DNA of 63,473 nucleotides, counting the filler, from Folioceros fuciformis (taxonomy: Eukaryota), in assembly GCA_049999805.1 (NCBI GenBank). It is 19 parts of 19 records of this genome, joined end to end, with 100 filler letters (N's around TTAATTAATTAA, not from the genome) between each part and the next. Parts side by side here need not be neighbours in the genome. Positions count along the whole stretch, not along the records: positions 11,008 to 12,502 come from JBNGIO010002862.1; positions 12,603 to 15,919 come from JBNGIO010002863.1; positions 16,020 to 17,723 come from JBNGIO010002864.1; positions 17,824 to 20,420 come from JBNGIO010002865.1; positions 20,521 to 22,366 come from JBNGIO010002867.1; positions 22,467 to 23,486 come from JBNGIO010002868.1; positions 23,587 to 25,181 come from JBNGIO010002869.1; 12 more parts are not named here. One strand, 5' to 3'. Both the position numbers and the translations under genes were made by a program. Numbering within the stretch: the stretch's first letter is position 1; each line of letters opens with the position of its first letter. The notes beneath the pieces were generated by a model. It did not search any database. It was not told the DNA's origin and worked only from the letters and a program-made list of their open reading frames with translations. Below, one piece after another: positions 12,247 to 24,960 of this stretch.

Positions 12247-13079
12247 GCTTGAACTCGGGGGGAAAGCAAGCAGGACATTGGCGCAGGGTAGGTGGCAATC
12301 ATAAGCCGCTGGAGTTCCGATACCCCGACCCGCGCGCTGCGCGTGCCTGCTCTCCGCCCGGACGGAGCATACCTTCAAGCACGTCTATTGTTGCCACCTT
12401 AACGCGCCGCTCTGCAGCATGGGCAACCAACACAGCTGACCGCGCTGGGGGCGACCGCGGGGTCATACGTCCATTCCAATGTGCCCTCTAGGCATACCGT
12501 CGNNNNNNNNNNNNNNNNNNNNNNNNNNNNNNNNNNNNNNNNNNNNTTAATTAATTAANNNNNNNNNNNNNNNNNNNNNNNNNNNNNNNNNNNNNNNNNN
12601 NNGATTGCAGCTATGCTGAGTGTTGGCGGCCTTTCTCACTTGGATGGAAGCTTCATCCTTTTGCTCCTACTTGCGCTGCTGATTGGTGTTGCTCTCTGGG
12701 AACAGAGAAGATTTGCCTTCAGGTTCTGACGTAGAAAGTTTCCGCAAGCTGTCGCCGTGTCTAGGTCTTGCTTTAATTTTTGAATCCGCTCACAGTGATG
12801 CAGAGGGTAACCTAGTCTTCAGGTACGCCCTTTTGGAGGTGTCCTGAAGTGGCGGCGGAGATGGCAGGCTTATAGTTGTTTCACTTGTACACGCACAAGG
12901 GTGAAGCAAAGCTAGCTATTCCCTTGTGTGCCCATCTGCCCCCACTGCTTGTGACAAGGCTAACCCTCGGTGCGAGGTATGTGCTCGTGCTGTGTAGTTG
13001 TGCAGGTGTCAAGAGCTTGCTTGAGTTCAGAGCCCTAAGCCCTTGCAGTGCGCGATGTGACGGTCCTTTGGTAGTGGCT

Positions 13080-15919
13080 TCATGAGTAAGTCTGCTAGAT
13101 TCTGATATGTGGGTACGTAAACTAGGTCAATTTCTCCTGATGCTACTGTCTGCCTGATGTAATGCTGCTTGATAGCTATATGCCTGGTCCGTGAATGATG
13201 CACTAGATTTCTGGACAGGGCTATGGCTGACTAGTTGTCGCAGTATACAATAGTAGCTCCAGGTTGAGGAGAGCCCACAGATGCCATGAATAGGCGGTTG
13301 TAAATAGTCTCCTGAGCAACTGCGGTTGCAGCTGTGTATTCCGCTTCGGTGCTAGACAAGGCTACAACTGTTTGCTTCTTCAATGTCCAGTTGACAATGC
13401 CTCCGCACAGCATGGTGCATTTGGCAGTGATGGACTGCCTGGAGTCCTCATCTCTTGCCCAGTCTGAGTCGGAGTAGCAGATAAGTAAGGGAAACTTGCC
13501 TTGTGATTTGTAGCTGATACCGATGTGTTGAGTGCCTTTTATGTAACGAAGAACTCTTTTGACTCCTGCCCAGTGGGAATTGCCAGGGTTGGCAAGGAAC
13601 CGTGAAAAAATTCTGGTTGCGGGATATACATCCGGTCTTGTCCACCCACTAATCCAGATAAGGCACCCCGTGAGCATGTTGTACGGCTTCTTTGCCATTT
13701 CCTGTTTTTGTGCTTCAGTCTTCGGACTTTGCTCAATAGAGTACTTTTCTCCCACAGCCATTGGGGTGATAGCAGGTTTGCAGTCAGTCATAATAAATCT
13801 TTCTAGCATTTGTCTTATGTAGTGAGCTTGGTGACAGAAGATGCTACCTTTGTTAGAACTGATCAGGATCTGTATGCCTAGGAAGCAGGTCAACTGCCCT
13901 AGATCTGTCATGGAAAACTCGGCCATGAGGATTGACTTGACTTTCTTCACGATGCCAGGGGAGTTGGCAAAGATGAGTGCATCATCGACATACAAAGCTA
14001 TGATTGCAAACTCTTGCCCAATTCTAAGTATGTAGACATTTGTGTCAGCATCACTTTGACTGAAATCAGACTTGAGTAGGTAGGCATGGATCTTCTGGTA
14101 CCATACTCTCGGTGCCTGCTTCAAGCCGTACAGGCTTTTCTTAAGTCTGCAAACCTTATGTGGTTCGGTTTTACCGACATAGCCCTCAGGTTGCGTAATA
14201 TACATCTCTTCGTCGATTGTGCCATGCAGGAAGGCCGTTTTAACATCCATGTGCTGGATGTCCAGCTTGTGTTTAGTAGCCAAGGCAAATAGCATTCTGA
14301 CTGATGACGCCCGTACCACAGGTGAGAAGGTTTCGTTGAAATCCATACCTTCAACTTGTTTATAGCCATGGACAACATATCTGGCCTTGTACCTGGCCAC
14401 TGACCCATCTGGATTAAGCTTCTTCTTAAAAACCCACTTTCTTGTAAGTGGCTTACGCCCTGGAGTCAATTCAACCAGCTCCCACATGTTGTTGTCAATG
14501 AGGGACTGGTATTCAGAGTCGACACTAGCTTTCCAGAGTTTGCCTTCAGGGGAAGACAACGCCTCCTTTAAAGTGGCTGGCTCTCCAAGGTCCTGTGCTT
14601 CTAACAAGGCCTAAGCAACATAGCTGTATGGTGTGTTTGACTCATGAGGTAAGGAGCTGTCTGGATTGGCAGCAAGATTTACTTGCTGTTGTTGAAACTC
14701 TTCGTCCAGTTCATAGCTTAGAGGTTTGTGTGTCCACTGACTTGGGTCTGGGGTGTGCCTCCTACCAGACCTTCTAAGTGCTGGTCGCTCATGAGTTGAC
14801 TCTTCCACATCCTCGGATGCAGGTTCCTCAACATTCTCCTCAGTTTCTGGTGAGGGCAAAGATGGGTGACTGTCATCGACCACATTGTCATAATCCTCCT
14901 GCTGGGTCTCACTAGACTGGTCACTTGCCTCCGAGCTCGGATCATCTGCAGTGAGGTCAGGTTCATCTTCAGGAAAGACGTCTACAGTTTGAACAAGGAC
15001 AGGTGGTGCAAGTTGTGGAGTGACCACATGTTCATCATGTGTTAAAGATTCTGTTGTAGATGCATCCTGGTCAGCATTCGTACGACGCTCTAAACCAGGT
15101 ACATCTTTGCTCTTTCGAGAGGCTTGCAACAGAAACTGCTCGTCGAATATAACGTTTCTTGCATGCAGGAAACATCGACGTAGGGGTCATAGAGCTTATA
15201 GCCCTTAATGCCTTCTGTGTAGCCGATGAACAGGTGTTTGGTTGCCTTAAAATCCATCTTGCGTCTAACCTCATCAAGTGTATGTACATAGGCTGGACAA
15301 CCCCATATCTGCAAGTGGTCCACTCGAGGCTTGATGCCAGTCCATCTTTCAAAAGGTGTAGCGTTGGCGAAGGCACGAGTAGGTAGCCGGTTTTGTATGT
15401 AAACAGCAGTGGCAATAGCTTCAGCCTAGAAGCTTCGAGGAAGCCGGGCCAAATGCAGCATCGACTTGGCAGCAGCCTGAGTGACTTTATTTTTATTCTC
15501 ATGGAGAGGATTTTGTTCATGCTCGTAGGGAACTGTAAGTTGGCAAAGTATACCCTCCCATGAGCAAACCTCTGTGAATTCCCCTGAGGTAAACTCACCG
15601 CCATTGTCACTTCTCAAGCATTTCAGTTTCTGACCTGTAAAGCGTTGAGCATAGGCGAGGTACAGAAGGAAGCAAGAGAATGCTTCATCTTTACGCTTGA
15701 GAAAATAAGTAACAGTTAACCGACTCCAGTCATCAATCAAGTGCATGAAATAGAGAGCACCCCCAAGAGATCTAGTGGACATGGGTCCGCACAGGTCAGT
15801 GTGCACAGTCTGAAGCAGGGTAGTTGCTCTTGTGGCATCTTGACTTGGATGGGGAGCCTTATGGTGCTTTCCTTGGATGCAGGCTTCACAGAAGATAGTC
15901 TTCTCTGATTTGAAGTGAA
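13080..15919 (-). pseudogene. Ty1/copia pol (integrase-RT-RNase H), interrupted by stops and frameshifts
   Basis: HTDLCGP, RSDNGGEF, KWVFKKK, QHMDVKTAFLHG, LYGLKQAPR, LYVDD, SDSDWA, ALSSTEAEY. Confidence 0.95.
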
Positions 15920-18683
15920 NNNNNNNNNNNNNNNNNNNNNNNNNNNNNNNNNNNNNNNNNNNNTTAATTAATTAANNNNNNNNNNNNNNNNNNNNNNNNN
16001 NNNNNNNNNNNNNNNNNNNAAACCTATACCCACTCTTATAACCAAACCCACTATTTCCTGGTCAATTAACCCAATTAGCACAAAGAAAAATAGGAAAAAT
16101 GATCAGAAAATAAAGGAAAATTAGAAAAAATAAGTTGAAAAAGAAAACCAAACCATACCACTATTAACCCTTTTTCAACCAAAACAACCCACTACCCCAA
16201 ACTTTGGAGGTTCACAATAGCATAAGTATATAGCCAGATACTAATCGTCTTGTATCAAGGTCTCCAGCACAGTCGACATCATGCTGTTAATACTGGATAA
16301 TTCATACTTGGTGTATGTTGATAAACTAACCCTGTATTCATAGTGCCCTTGAGATACCAAAATATTCTTTTAACACATGTTCATTGGAGCTATATGCTTT
16401 CTTCTCTTGCCCAAGATTAGAACTCAAATAAATCACATGAGCACAATTGGTTGCTTAAACAAGTGAAAGTCAAAATAGGAATAGTTGCATGTGGAACGGA
16501 AAAGTTTGGTAATCGGTTTAGGAAAGTGTCATAACCCTTTCTTTTTGCTTAGAACAGTTCGAAGGGAGGCATGTGGAAGGTAGGTTTCTGGGCAAGCGTG
16601 CACGGTAGGCAGTGAGCAGTTGGTGAAGGTTTTTATGGATTTTTTTAGTTCTATTTTGGTAGGTTAGGTGTATGGTAATAGGACAAAGTAGTATCGCGTC
16701 AAGATAAGAAGATACCTACGTAGTAGGATGTCTAGCTACATACATAGAGAGACTACCTACATGGGGTAGACGCCTAGTAGGGAGGGTACCTACTAGGTAT
16801 GTCTACTTATAGCATTTAGCCGAAGATACCTACGTACGTAGGGAAGGTACTTGTATGGTAGACACCCACCTACAAAAGGAATTGGTAGGGAGCCTACCTA
16901 CAGCAATGGGGTAGGTAGCCTATCTACAAGAATGGGTGGGAATGGTAGGGAACCTACCTACAAGAGAGGGGGTAGGGAACCTACCTACGAGGGGAGCATT
17001 AGAGAGCCAACCTATGAAGGGGACATTCTTACCCTACATAGGGAAGGAGCCTCAAGTTGAAGAAAGTGGATCCCTTGCCTACTGAACCTATGCCACCTTG
17101 CCTTCACCAAAGCCAAAATGGTTTATCAATTTATGGGTCAAAGGTGAAGGTGAAGGGCTCCAGCAAGCGCCCGCAGGAGTGGAGCTGCAGAGCTGCTTGG
17201 GCCAATAGGGACACATGAATGGGAGAGGGTAGCCTCCCAACCTGGAAGAGCAACGAACAGCGGTGGAAGCCCTGATGAGGAACCACGGGGCTTGGAAGAT
17301 TGCAGGAGAAAGCAAAAAGGAAAGAAGGTTACAGATGCAGGTGGTAGCCGGTCAGCAAGCTTCACTCAGCCATCCGGGCAATGTCAGCAATACCTTATAA
17401 ACAACGTGTCGATAAGGTACTGCTGACATTTGAGACTTGTCTACATTTGTTTTGGGGCACATTTCTGATGTAAGTCTTATCCCATTAGCAAAAGGAGTGG
17501 GGGCAAGTTTGGCATCTGTGAACCTCCAAAGTTTGGGGTAGTGGTTTGTTTTGGTTGAAAAAGGGTTAATAGTGGTATGGTTTGGTTTTCTTTTTCTACT
17601 TCTTTTTCCTAGTTTTTCTTTATTTTTTGATGATTTTTCCTATTTTTCTTTGTGCTAATTAGGTTAATTGACTAGGAAATAGTTGGTTTGGTTATTAGAG
17701 TGGGTACAGGTCTGGTCCCAGACNNNNNNNNNNNNNNNNNNNNNNNNNNNNNNNNNNNNNNNNNNNNTTAATTAATTAANNNNNNNNNNNNNNNNNNNNN
17801 NNNNNNNNNNNNNNNNNNNNNNNGATCACAAAAAGACGAACGAGCCCTTGGAACGTTATCGTTTATGTGCATCGAATGTCAATTCTTGTCCCCGTGAGCT
17901 CCCGTTGCTAATATAGCAAACCCCGACCTGGCGTTAGGTTTCAGGGCAACACCTGGACGCGACATAGTTTTGCTGGGGCAGAGACGATCCAAGGCACACG
18001 GAACCTTACCTCGCTGGCATCTGAGAAGATGGCAAGCACTGGGAGGAAAGGAAAACTTGTGCAGCATCATGTACCGGGTTGGGGCAGGTGTTGGGACGGA
18101 ATCGGGATATCTCGTTACCTCTGGCTCCTGATGATCTCTCCGCTGCAATGTGGATGGACACAAGGTCTCTCATCCTACTAGCATTCCACTGTGCACTGGT
18201 CTGGAGTCTAACACCTGCAAAATGGCTGAGAGAACCGGGCCCACGACCTGAGGAGAGCGAACGAGTTAAGGTAGGATTGAGCGAGATGTACAAGCTGTAA
18301 GACGCTGCAGAGGACCAGGCCTGCCCGGCCACTACGACGCCACATTCTCACCAGTCGCACCACACGGATGCCATCATCCGCGGTGGGATGAGGCGAAGCT
18401 GGCTGCTCCCCTGCTCCGAAGCTTCCGAACGCCCCCACGTGCGTGTAAAATGTGTTGCTTCGACTTCCAGGAAATGTGCCTGAAGCTGGCTCCTCTCCTT
18501 CCCCCCAGAATCTGGCCTGGCGCAGCCCACATGATGCAATATATGTCTCGCACACGGACCATCGGCGGTCGTATTCAGGCTCGTAGCATCACGGAGTGGA
18601 GGCCTAGAGCACGGAGCGAGCCCGGAAGCGCCTTGGATTGCACGGTGACTCGCTGCTCTTGAAAAACAAGAAGCTGTCACATT

Positions 18684-20397
18684 ATGGACTGGATTGATGC
18701 AGTCCTGCTTGTGGTAGCGGGATTGTTGGCCGTTGCCCACATTGCGACTCAAGCACGCAAGTGGTCCAGCAGCGGGGCAAGGAAGTATCGCCTTCCACCA
18801 GGCCCGCCGGCATGGCCACTGGTGGGAAACCTCTCCATTTTCTCCCATCCCCGTCCGCACGCCCGCCTGGAGGAGCTGGCCAACGAGTTTGGTCCGGTCA
18901 TGTCCATCCGCTTGGGATCGAAGCTGGCTGTGGTTGTCTCATCCGCGGATGTGGCCAGGGAGGTGGTGAAAGTGCAGGACAACAATTTCGCATCCCGTCC
19001 CACCTTTACAGCCTTCAATCATCTGGTTTTCCGGGAAGGAACGTGCGGATTTCAACCCCTCGGACCTAAGCACCAATACGTGAGGTAAGCTTGTCAGACG
19101 GTGATCGATGTTCGCTGCAAGACTACAAATTTTGCAACCTGAACCTGCTCTTGCTCTCAGACTGGTGCTCACAATGATGAAATGATAGCCATGGTTCATG
19201 CATTTCACTGACAGGAGGATTATTGCCACAGAGCTGTTGGCTCCCAAGCGAACTCAGCGATTCGAGGAATCCAGACGCCAAGAACTGGATGCTGCCATGA
19301 CATCTGTGCTACACAAGAGTGGGCAAGAGGTCGACATCCACGAACTGGCCATCACTCTGACTATGAACAACATAACCCGGATGTTGATGAACAAGCGCTT
19401 CTGTGAGTTCGAGCATGGGGAACAGATTGGAGGACACTGCACCATGGTGAGCTCCAGACCGCCACCTGCAGTTCTATCGTACTTGGACGCAGTCATGGAC
19501 AAAATCCAATGTGGTAACCCATAGTGCTATGCTCCAGCCTGGAGCATTCTTGGCCAGCTTACAATTCCAGTGATTTGCGTGGGCGCGGAGCCTTAATCTA
19601 TGGTGTGCACTGTGCAGGTCAATGCAAAGGAAGCAGCCGAGTATCGCTGGCTGATCGGTGAGATCAACCGGTTGCTGGGGATCCCAGTGATGGGAGACAG
19701 CATTCCTTTCTTGAGTTTTCTGGACACGTTCACTGTAAGGAGCATGCAGAAGTCCAGGAGCAGGCTGAGCAACTTGCTGTCCCAGATCATCGATAACCAC
19801 AGGCAGCGAATGAGCCAATCCACCACCTCCTCTCCTAATGACTTCCTGGAGGTATTGCTGAAGCTTCCCGGGGAGAAAGGAGTTGACAAAGATCTAGCCA
19901 TGAAAGGAATTTTAACGGTAGGACGACAAACCGAAAGATCACCCGGTCATGACGGTCTTCTTGCCCACGCGAGACAAACAGTGTGTACCCACTCTCAGAT
20001 TGTGTATTTGTCCCGAACGGTGATCGCAGGATTTGGTGCTCGCTGGAGTCGACACATCTGCCATCGCAGCCGAATGGGCTCTGTCAGAACTGCTCAGAAA
20101 CCCGTCCGTGATGCAGAAGGCACAGCAAGAGCTGGACTCCGTTGTCGGGAGGGATCGCCAATTGCAGGAATCAGATCTGGCTAATCTTCCGTACATTCAA
20201 GCTGTTTTGAAGGAGACGTTGCGGTTGCATCCCGTCGTTCCCCTTCTCATCCCACATTACTCCAGGCAAGACTGCACACTTGGGGGCTACGACATTCCTG
20301 CCAATACCATTGTTTTTGTCAGCCTCCTGAACCTTCACAGAAGCCCAGCAGCTTGGGATAGTCCCCTCCAGTTCCGGCCAGATAGATTCATGGAAAG
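18684..20397 (+). CDS. Cytochrome P450, CYP71 clan (A-type), 3'-truncated by contig end; exons 18684-19084, 19215-19446, 19618-19917, 20030-20397
   Basis: N-terminal TM anchor, LPPGPxxWPLVGNL hinge, FASRP, I-helix AGVDTS, ETLR (ExxR), FRPDRF; three GT-AG introns keep the frame and a fourth donor GTATGT lies at 20398; heme motif not in window. Confidence 0.93.
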
Positions 20398-20520
20398 GTA
20401 TGTTCATTCACAATGTCATGNNNNNNNNNNNNNNNNNNNNNNNNNNNNNNNNNNNNNNNNNNNNTTAATTAATTAANNNNNNNNNNNNNNNNNNNNNNNN
20501 NNNNNNNNNNNNNNNNNNNN

Positions 20521-22179
20521 GCTACTTAGAGGTTAAGCGATGCATTCTCCCTAGTTACCCTCTGCAAGTTGATGATGCTCTGGGAATTCCTTTGCAAGGT
20601 TTCTCAAGGCTGTGGGCTCAAGAATTTAGGGCAAGGGTGTATCGGTCACAAATCTTTAGATTGGCGTGTCGGAAAGGAGTTATCCAGCTTGGTCACCTAT
20701 GGAACAGATCAGAGGCCCGTTGGAAGGAGGTGGAGGAAGTCAAGGGTGAATTTGGTTTAGGGACTCGACATGTTCGGCACATTTTCTCCTGGTTGCAAGA
20801 GGGGTTAGAGGAGAAGGTTCAACAGGCGTTAAGGCAACAACCTGCCCGGGGCGCTGAGGGGTGGTATGTGTATTCCATGGATAGTAAGGGAGCAGATTCT
20901 GAGGAGGATGAACAGGAGGATGTCCTTGAACTGGATAGGGCAATTTGGCTTACAGGCACGGCTGAAAAAGAAGAACTACGGTCATTCAAGGTCCTTTCAC
21001 TTGAAGGGCTTTTGGAGGATAAGGGCAGGGATGATGGAGACATCCGAAGAGGGGAACTTCGGCCCATCACGGTCCTCTCTAAATCTGTTCGCGCAGGGCG
21101 GTGGTGCACCCAAGTCGAACATTCTAATGGGCCGCAACTCTCGGACAAGCTAGGAGTTCGATGTTGGCTTCGGCTTGCGGAAAATTGGGAGTTGGCCTTA
21201 AGACCTGATCTATACAATTGGCCTAGGAGACCTGGGTGTAAGGTGGTCAACCTTCGGTCTTTCTTCAACTTCCCAACGGCGGACCTTTACCTTTGGATGG
21301 TTCGAGCACAGAAACTCAAGCAGCTGCAACCAATGGCTCCCAAGCTACAGTTATCTGAGCGGAGGCAAAAGGAGGCTATCAAGCTGCTTTGGAAGTCAGT
21401 GGGAATTCCTCCCAAGGTTAGGACGACAATTTGGTGTTTTTTCCAAGCTTGTTTGCCTAATGCGGATCGGTGGGATGGCTTGTTGGCTGCTACGGGGGAA
21501 GATCATTGTCGGCTGTGCACCTCCGGTGCCCCAAATAAAAGCCAACACGCGTTCTTCCACTGCGGTTTCGCTCAAGAGATATGGAGTGAGGTGGGCAATT
21601 GGCTGCAAAGGATTATCCCTGGCGCCAGCCTCAGGATCACAAAACAAACTGCCCTTTTTGGGTTGGATGCAACCTCGGGCAAAGCTCTACTTCAAGCGCA
21701 GTGGTGGGGCTTACTATGGTCTTCGTGCATTTTTCATCTTTGGGTCAACTGGTCTTCTGTGGTCTATGGAGGTAATGAGCCAGTCTCATCTAAGGCTTTG
21801 CTATGGCGCATCTGGGAGCACTTACTAATTGCAGCTGAAAGTCTGAGGCAGACTCATCAAAAACAGTTCAAGCGGAGCGAATGGAGGTCGGCGGGTTTCC
21901 TAGTTAACCGGAATAACGAACAATGGAACCACGTCTATCCTTGGGGAAGGTGAACCCCCATGATCCTAGGGCGAGTTTGAGGTGGTCTTAGCAGTCCGCT
22001 AATAATAGGATGATGGGGAGCATTTCCCGAGCCCTAGTCAAAGAGCTGGACTCGGGGCCGGGGTGTTACCTCCCCCGAGTGGGTTATGTAGGCTATGTAA
22101 ATACGTAGGCAGGGGTCCCCTTAGTACTGTAAGAGGATGACACTCTTAATCAGAATCCTTTTTTTACGCGAAAAAAAAA
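20521..22179 (+). mobile_element. L1/Tx1-like LINE 3' portion: ORF2 C-terminus (stop at 21953), 3' UTR, poly(A) 22171-22179
   Basis: zf-RVT motif LW...IPPKVR..IW...CRLC......HAFFHC..AQEIW; A-tail. Confidence 0.88.
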
Positions 22180-22466
22180 GAAGCAATGGAATTAGCAGCC
22201 GGAACCTGGCATGAAAACGGTAGCTTATTCAGCGGAATAAGCTTCTAGCCAAAATGGTTCCTTGGCCATGGAAGACTAACCCTGGGGTGCTGGAATAGGC
22301 CCCGAACTAGGAGGAGAAGAAAGTAGGTGAAACAGAGTTGAATTGGAATTTCTGGAATTAAATCCANNNNNNNNNNNNNNNNNNNNNNNNNNNNNNNNNN
22401 NNNNNNNNNNTTAATTAATTAANNNNNNNNNNNNNNNNNNNNNNNNNNNNNNNNNNNNNNNNNNNN

Positions 22467-23486
22467 CTCCTCCTGGATCATGTCCATGACCTCTCCCCGC
22501 ACATCTGGTGGGAATTCCAGGTTCCCCTCCTTTGCTGGAGCTACTTCCTTTCCAGCCCTTAATTTTTCCTTCTCGGAGCTTTGTCCCCCAGTCACGTGTG
22601 GAGTGCTCTTCCCTTCCTCCTCCGATCCGGTAGTGGATTCAGCTTCCTTCCTTCTCTTCTTGGCACTCCGTTGCTTCCCTCTCTTCCTTCCACTACGGGT
22701 GCATATTGCCATAGCTGCAGCCTCCCCATAGTAACCCCCCATCGTGGTGTCCAAGCCTTCCAATCCCTGAAGCACCCTGGCCTCAGCCTCCTCCCAAACA
22801 GCCATGAGGGCGTCCTCCACGTGCATGGCCGTTGCAGCCCCTTGAGGTGCTGCTTGCTGCACCCCTGTCACCACTGGCTGGGTGATCCTCACACTCTTTC
22901 TAGGGTTCTGGCAAAGCACGCTACCCGCCACGTGCCCTTGCTGTTTGCAGTCCTGGCACAATCTATCATAACCCCCATTGGCTTGCCTGGTTGCTGAGGG
23001 GCAACTATTGGCATAATGTCCAAAGCCCTGGCAATTGCAGCATTGGACCACCCCCGTTGTTTGATTAGCAACCCTCCCCATTTGGTTGCTGCGACCACCC
23101 ATGCTCATGGGATTTCGCAGAATGGAAGGGAGGGCCGTCTTGGGGTATTGCTGCCCTTGGGGAAACTCCTGAATTTGGTAGGAGTCCTCCACCTGGCACT
23201 CCTCTTCTCCCCCCTCATAGGTCAGCAAGTGCACCTTGGCCCCTTGACAATGGGTCTTGGTGTAGCCTTGCTCACCACAAGTGGAGCAAAATAGGTTAGC
23301 CCTGCCACTAGTTGCAGCCCTTCTTCTCTCATGTTCCTTGACTGCATGGAGATGAAACTTCTCAAACTTGCTCATCATCTCCTCCATCTTGGACTCTTGC
23401 TGCTCTACCTTCTTGGCTGCAGCCTCAGCCTCTTTCTTGACCTGCTCCACCTCCCTCTTAGCATTAGCCACCTCTTGTTTGGCCTT
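22467..23486 (-). mobile_element. Ty3/gypsy gag C-terminal half with three CCHC-type zinc knuckles
   Basis: CSTCGEQGYTKTHC, CCNCQGFGHYANSC, CQDCKQQGHVAGSVLC, then an AICTRSG motif; open across the contig. Confidence 0.8.
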
Positions 23487-23586
23487 NNNNNNNNNNNNNN
23501 NNNNNNNNNNNNNNNNNNNNNNNNNNNNNNTTAATTAATTAANNNNNNNNNNNNNNNNNNNNNNNNNNNNNNNNNNNNNNNNNNNN

Positions 23587-23765
23587 GGAGGGGAGCCCTC
23601 GAATCCATCATCGAGTTCATCAAGTCCGACCCTCCATCCACAGCAGCAAGGAACCCCATCGCTCCTTCGTGGGAACGAAACCCAATGTCTCAACGACAGT
23701 AGGATAAGTGTGGCCACTAAAGGTGGAACCCATTGGCAATCAGTGCCCAGGGTTTTGCCTCCACA
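23587..23765 (+). mobile_element. LTR family X 3' end (...GTTTTGCCTCCACA); other copies 25282-25673 (+), 27463-27742 (+), 32226-33324 (-)
   Basis: Four near-identical copies ending at the same CA with different flanks and no PBS. Confidence 0.85.
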
Positions 23766-24960
23766 CGTCCCGCATAATAAATCGGGTAATCCCTCTTCTT
23801 TCCATCTCGCTAGCTGAGTACGACCCCAATGGCAAAGGCAGAGACATCAACATATATATGGAACTTCTTACTCCAATCAGGCCCCTTAAGTGTTGGCGCG
23901 ATCACGATTGTGGTCCTGAGGTCCTGAAATGCCTCCTCTCTAGGCGACGTCCACGCCCACTCCTCATCCTTCCTTAGCAAGCTAGTTAATGGCACCACCC
24001 TTTTAGCAAATTTTTTAATAAACCTCCTGTAATAACCGACCATCCCAAGAAATCCTCTCAGCTCCTTCAACGTAGTCGGCGGTCGGAGTGCTTCAATGAT
24101 CTTTACCTTGTCGGGGTCGACTGCAATTCCCCTCGCTGAGTTCTATGCCCCAGCAAGATGCCTTTCGACATTCCGAAGTAACACTTCTCCGGGTGGAGGC
24201 ATAACTTGGCCTCTCTACACCTCTCCAAGCACCTCCTCAAACATTTCAAATGTTCCTCCGCGGTCCCGAACACGCAGAAATCATCCAGGAACACCTCCAC
24301 AAAGTCTCGGAGGAAGTCCTTAAAGATTTTAACGATTGCCCTCAGAAAGGATCCTGGTGCTCCCATCAAACCAAACGCGCTACGCTTGTAGGCATATGTC
24401 CCCCAATCGGTGGTGAATGCGGTCAGCGGCTAGTCGCTCTCTTGGAGATGTAGCTGGTTATAACCTGAGTACCCATCTAGGAAGGAATACATCATCCGGC
24501 CTGCAATTAAGTCCAAAATGTTGTCAATGAATGGTAGCGGAAAATGGTCCTTCTGCGTTACCTTATTCAGTCTTCGCCAGTCTTGGCATACCTTGATTTT
24601 CCCTAGCTGCTTCTTTGGTACCACAACAATTGGTGGTACCCATTCAGAGGTAACAATGGGATAAATGATGTCCGCCTTCAGGTACAACTCCAGCTGTTCC
24701 TTCTCCTTTAATGAACACTTCGGATTCAGCTTATATTGGGGTATTCTCAAGGGCATTGCTCCTGGTTCCAGCTCAATCTTGTGTTCCCCCCACTCCCTAG
24801 GAATGCCCTTCATGTCTGTTACGTCGAAAGCGAACACATCGATAAATTCGGCCAGCAAATCCTTCATCCCTTCTTCCAACACCGCGTCCAGCTTAGTGGA
24901 GAACTTAAGAATTTTCCCTAGCAGGACCTCCACATCCTTAATCTCATCCGCCTGCACCCA
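23766..24960 (-). pseudogene. Ty3/gypsy RT-RNase H fragment
   Basis: EWVPPIVVVPKK...CQDWRRLN..TQKDHFPLP...SFLDGYSGYNQ, FLDDF, LRGFLGMVGYYRRFIK, YVDVSAFAIGVVL. Confidence 0.93.

Noticed and set aside
16700-17050. Imperfect CCTACCTAC/GGTAGG repeats with a 69-aa ORF
   Set aside because: Degenerate simple repeat; the ORF is a by-product
16020-17723. Apparent ~200-bp terminal inverted repeats bounding the contig (MITE/TIR-like)
   Set aside because: Both copies have their TG terminus facing the contig interior and run out into the gaps, and a third copy lies at 10441; these are two independent LTR insertions
17824-18683. Possible exons of a second host gene upstream of the P450
   Set aside because: Several short overlapping ORFs, no recognisable motif or convincing splice chain
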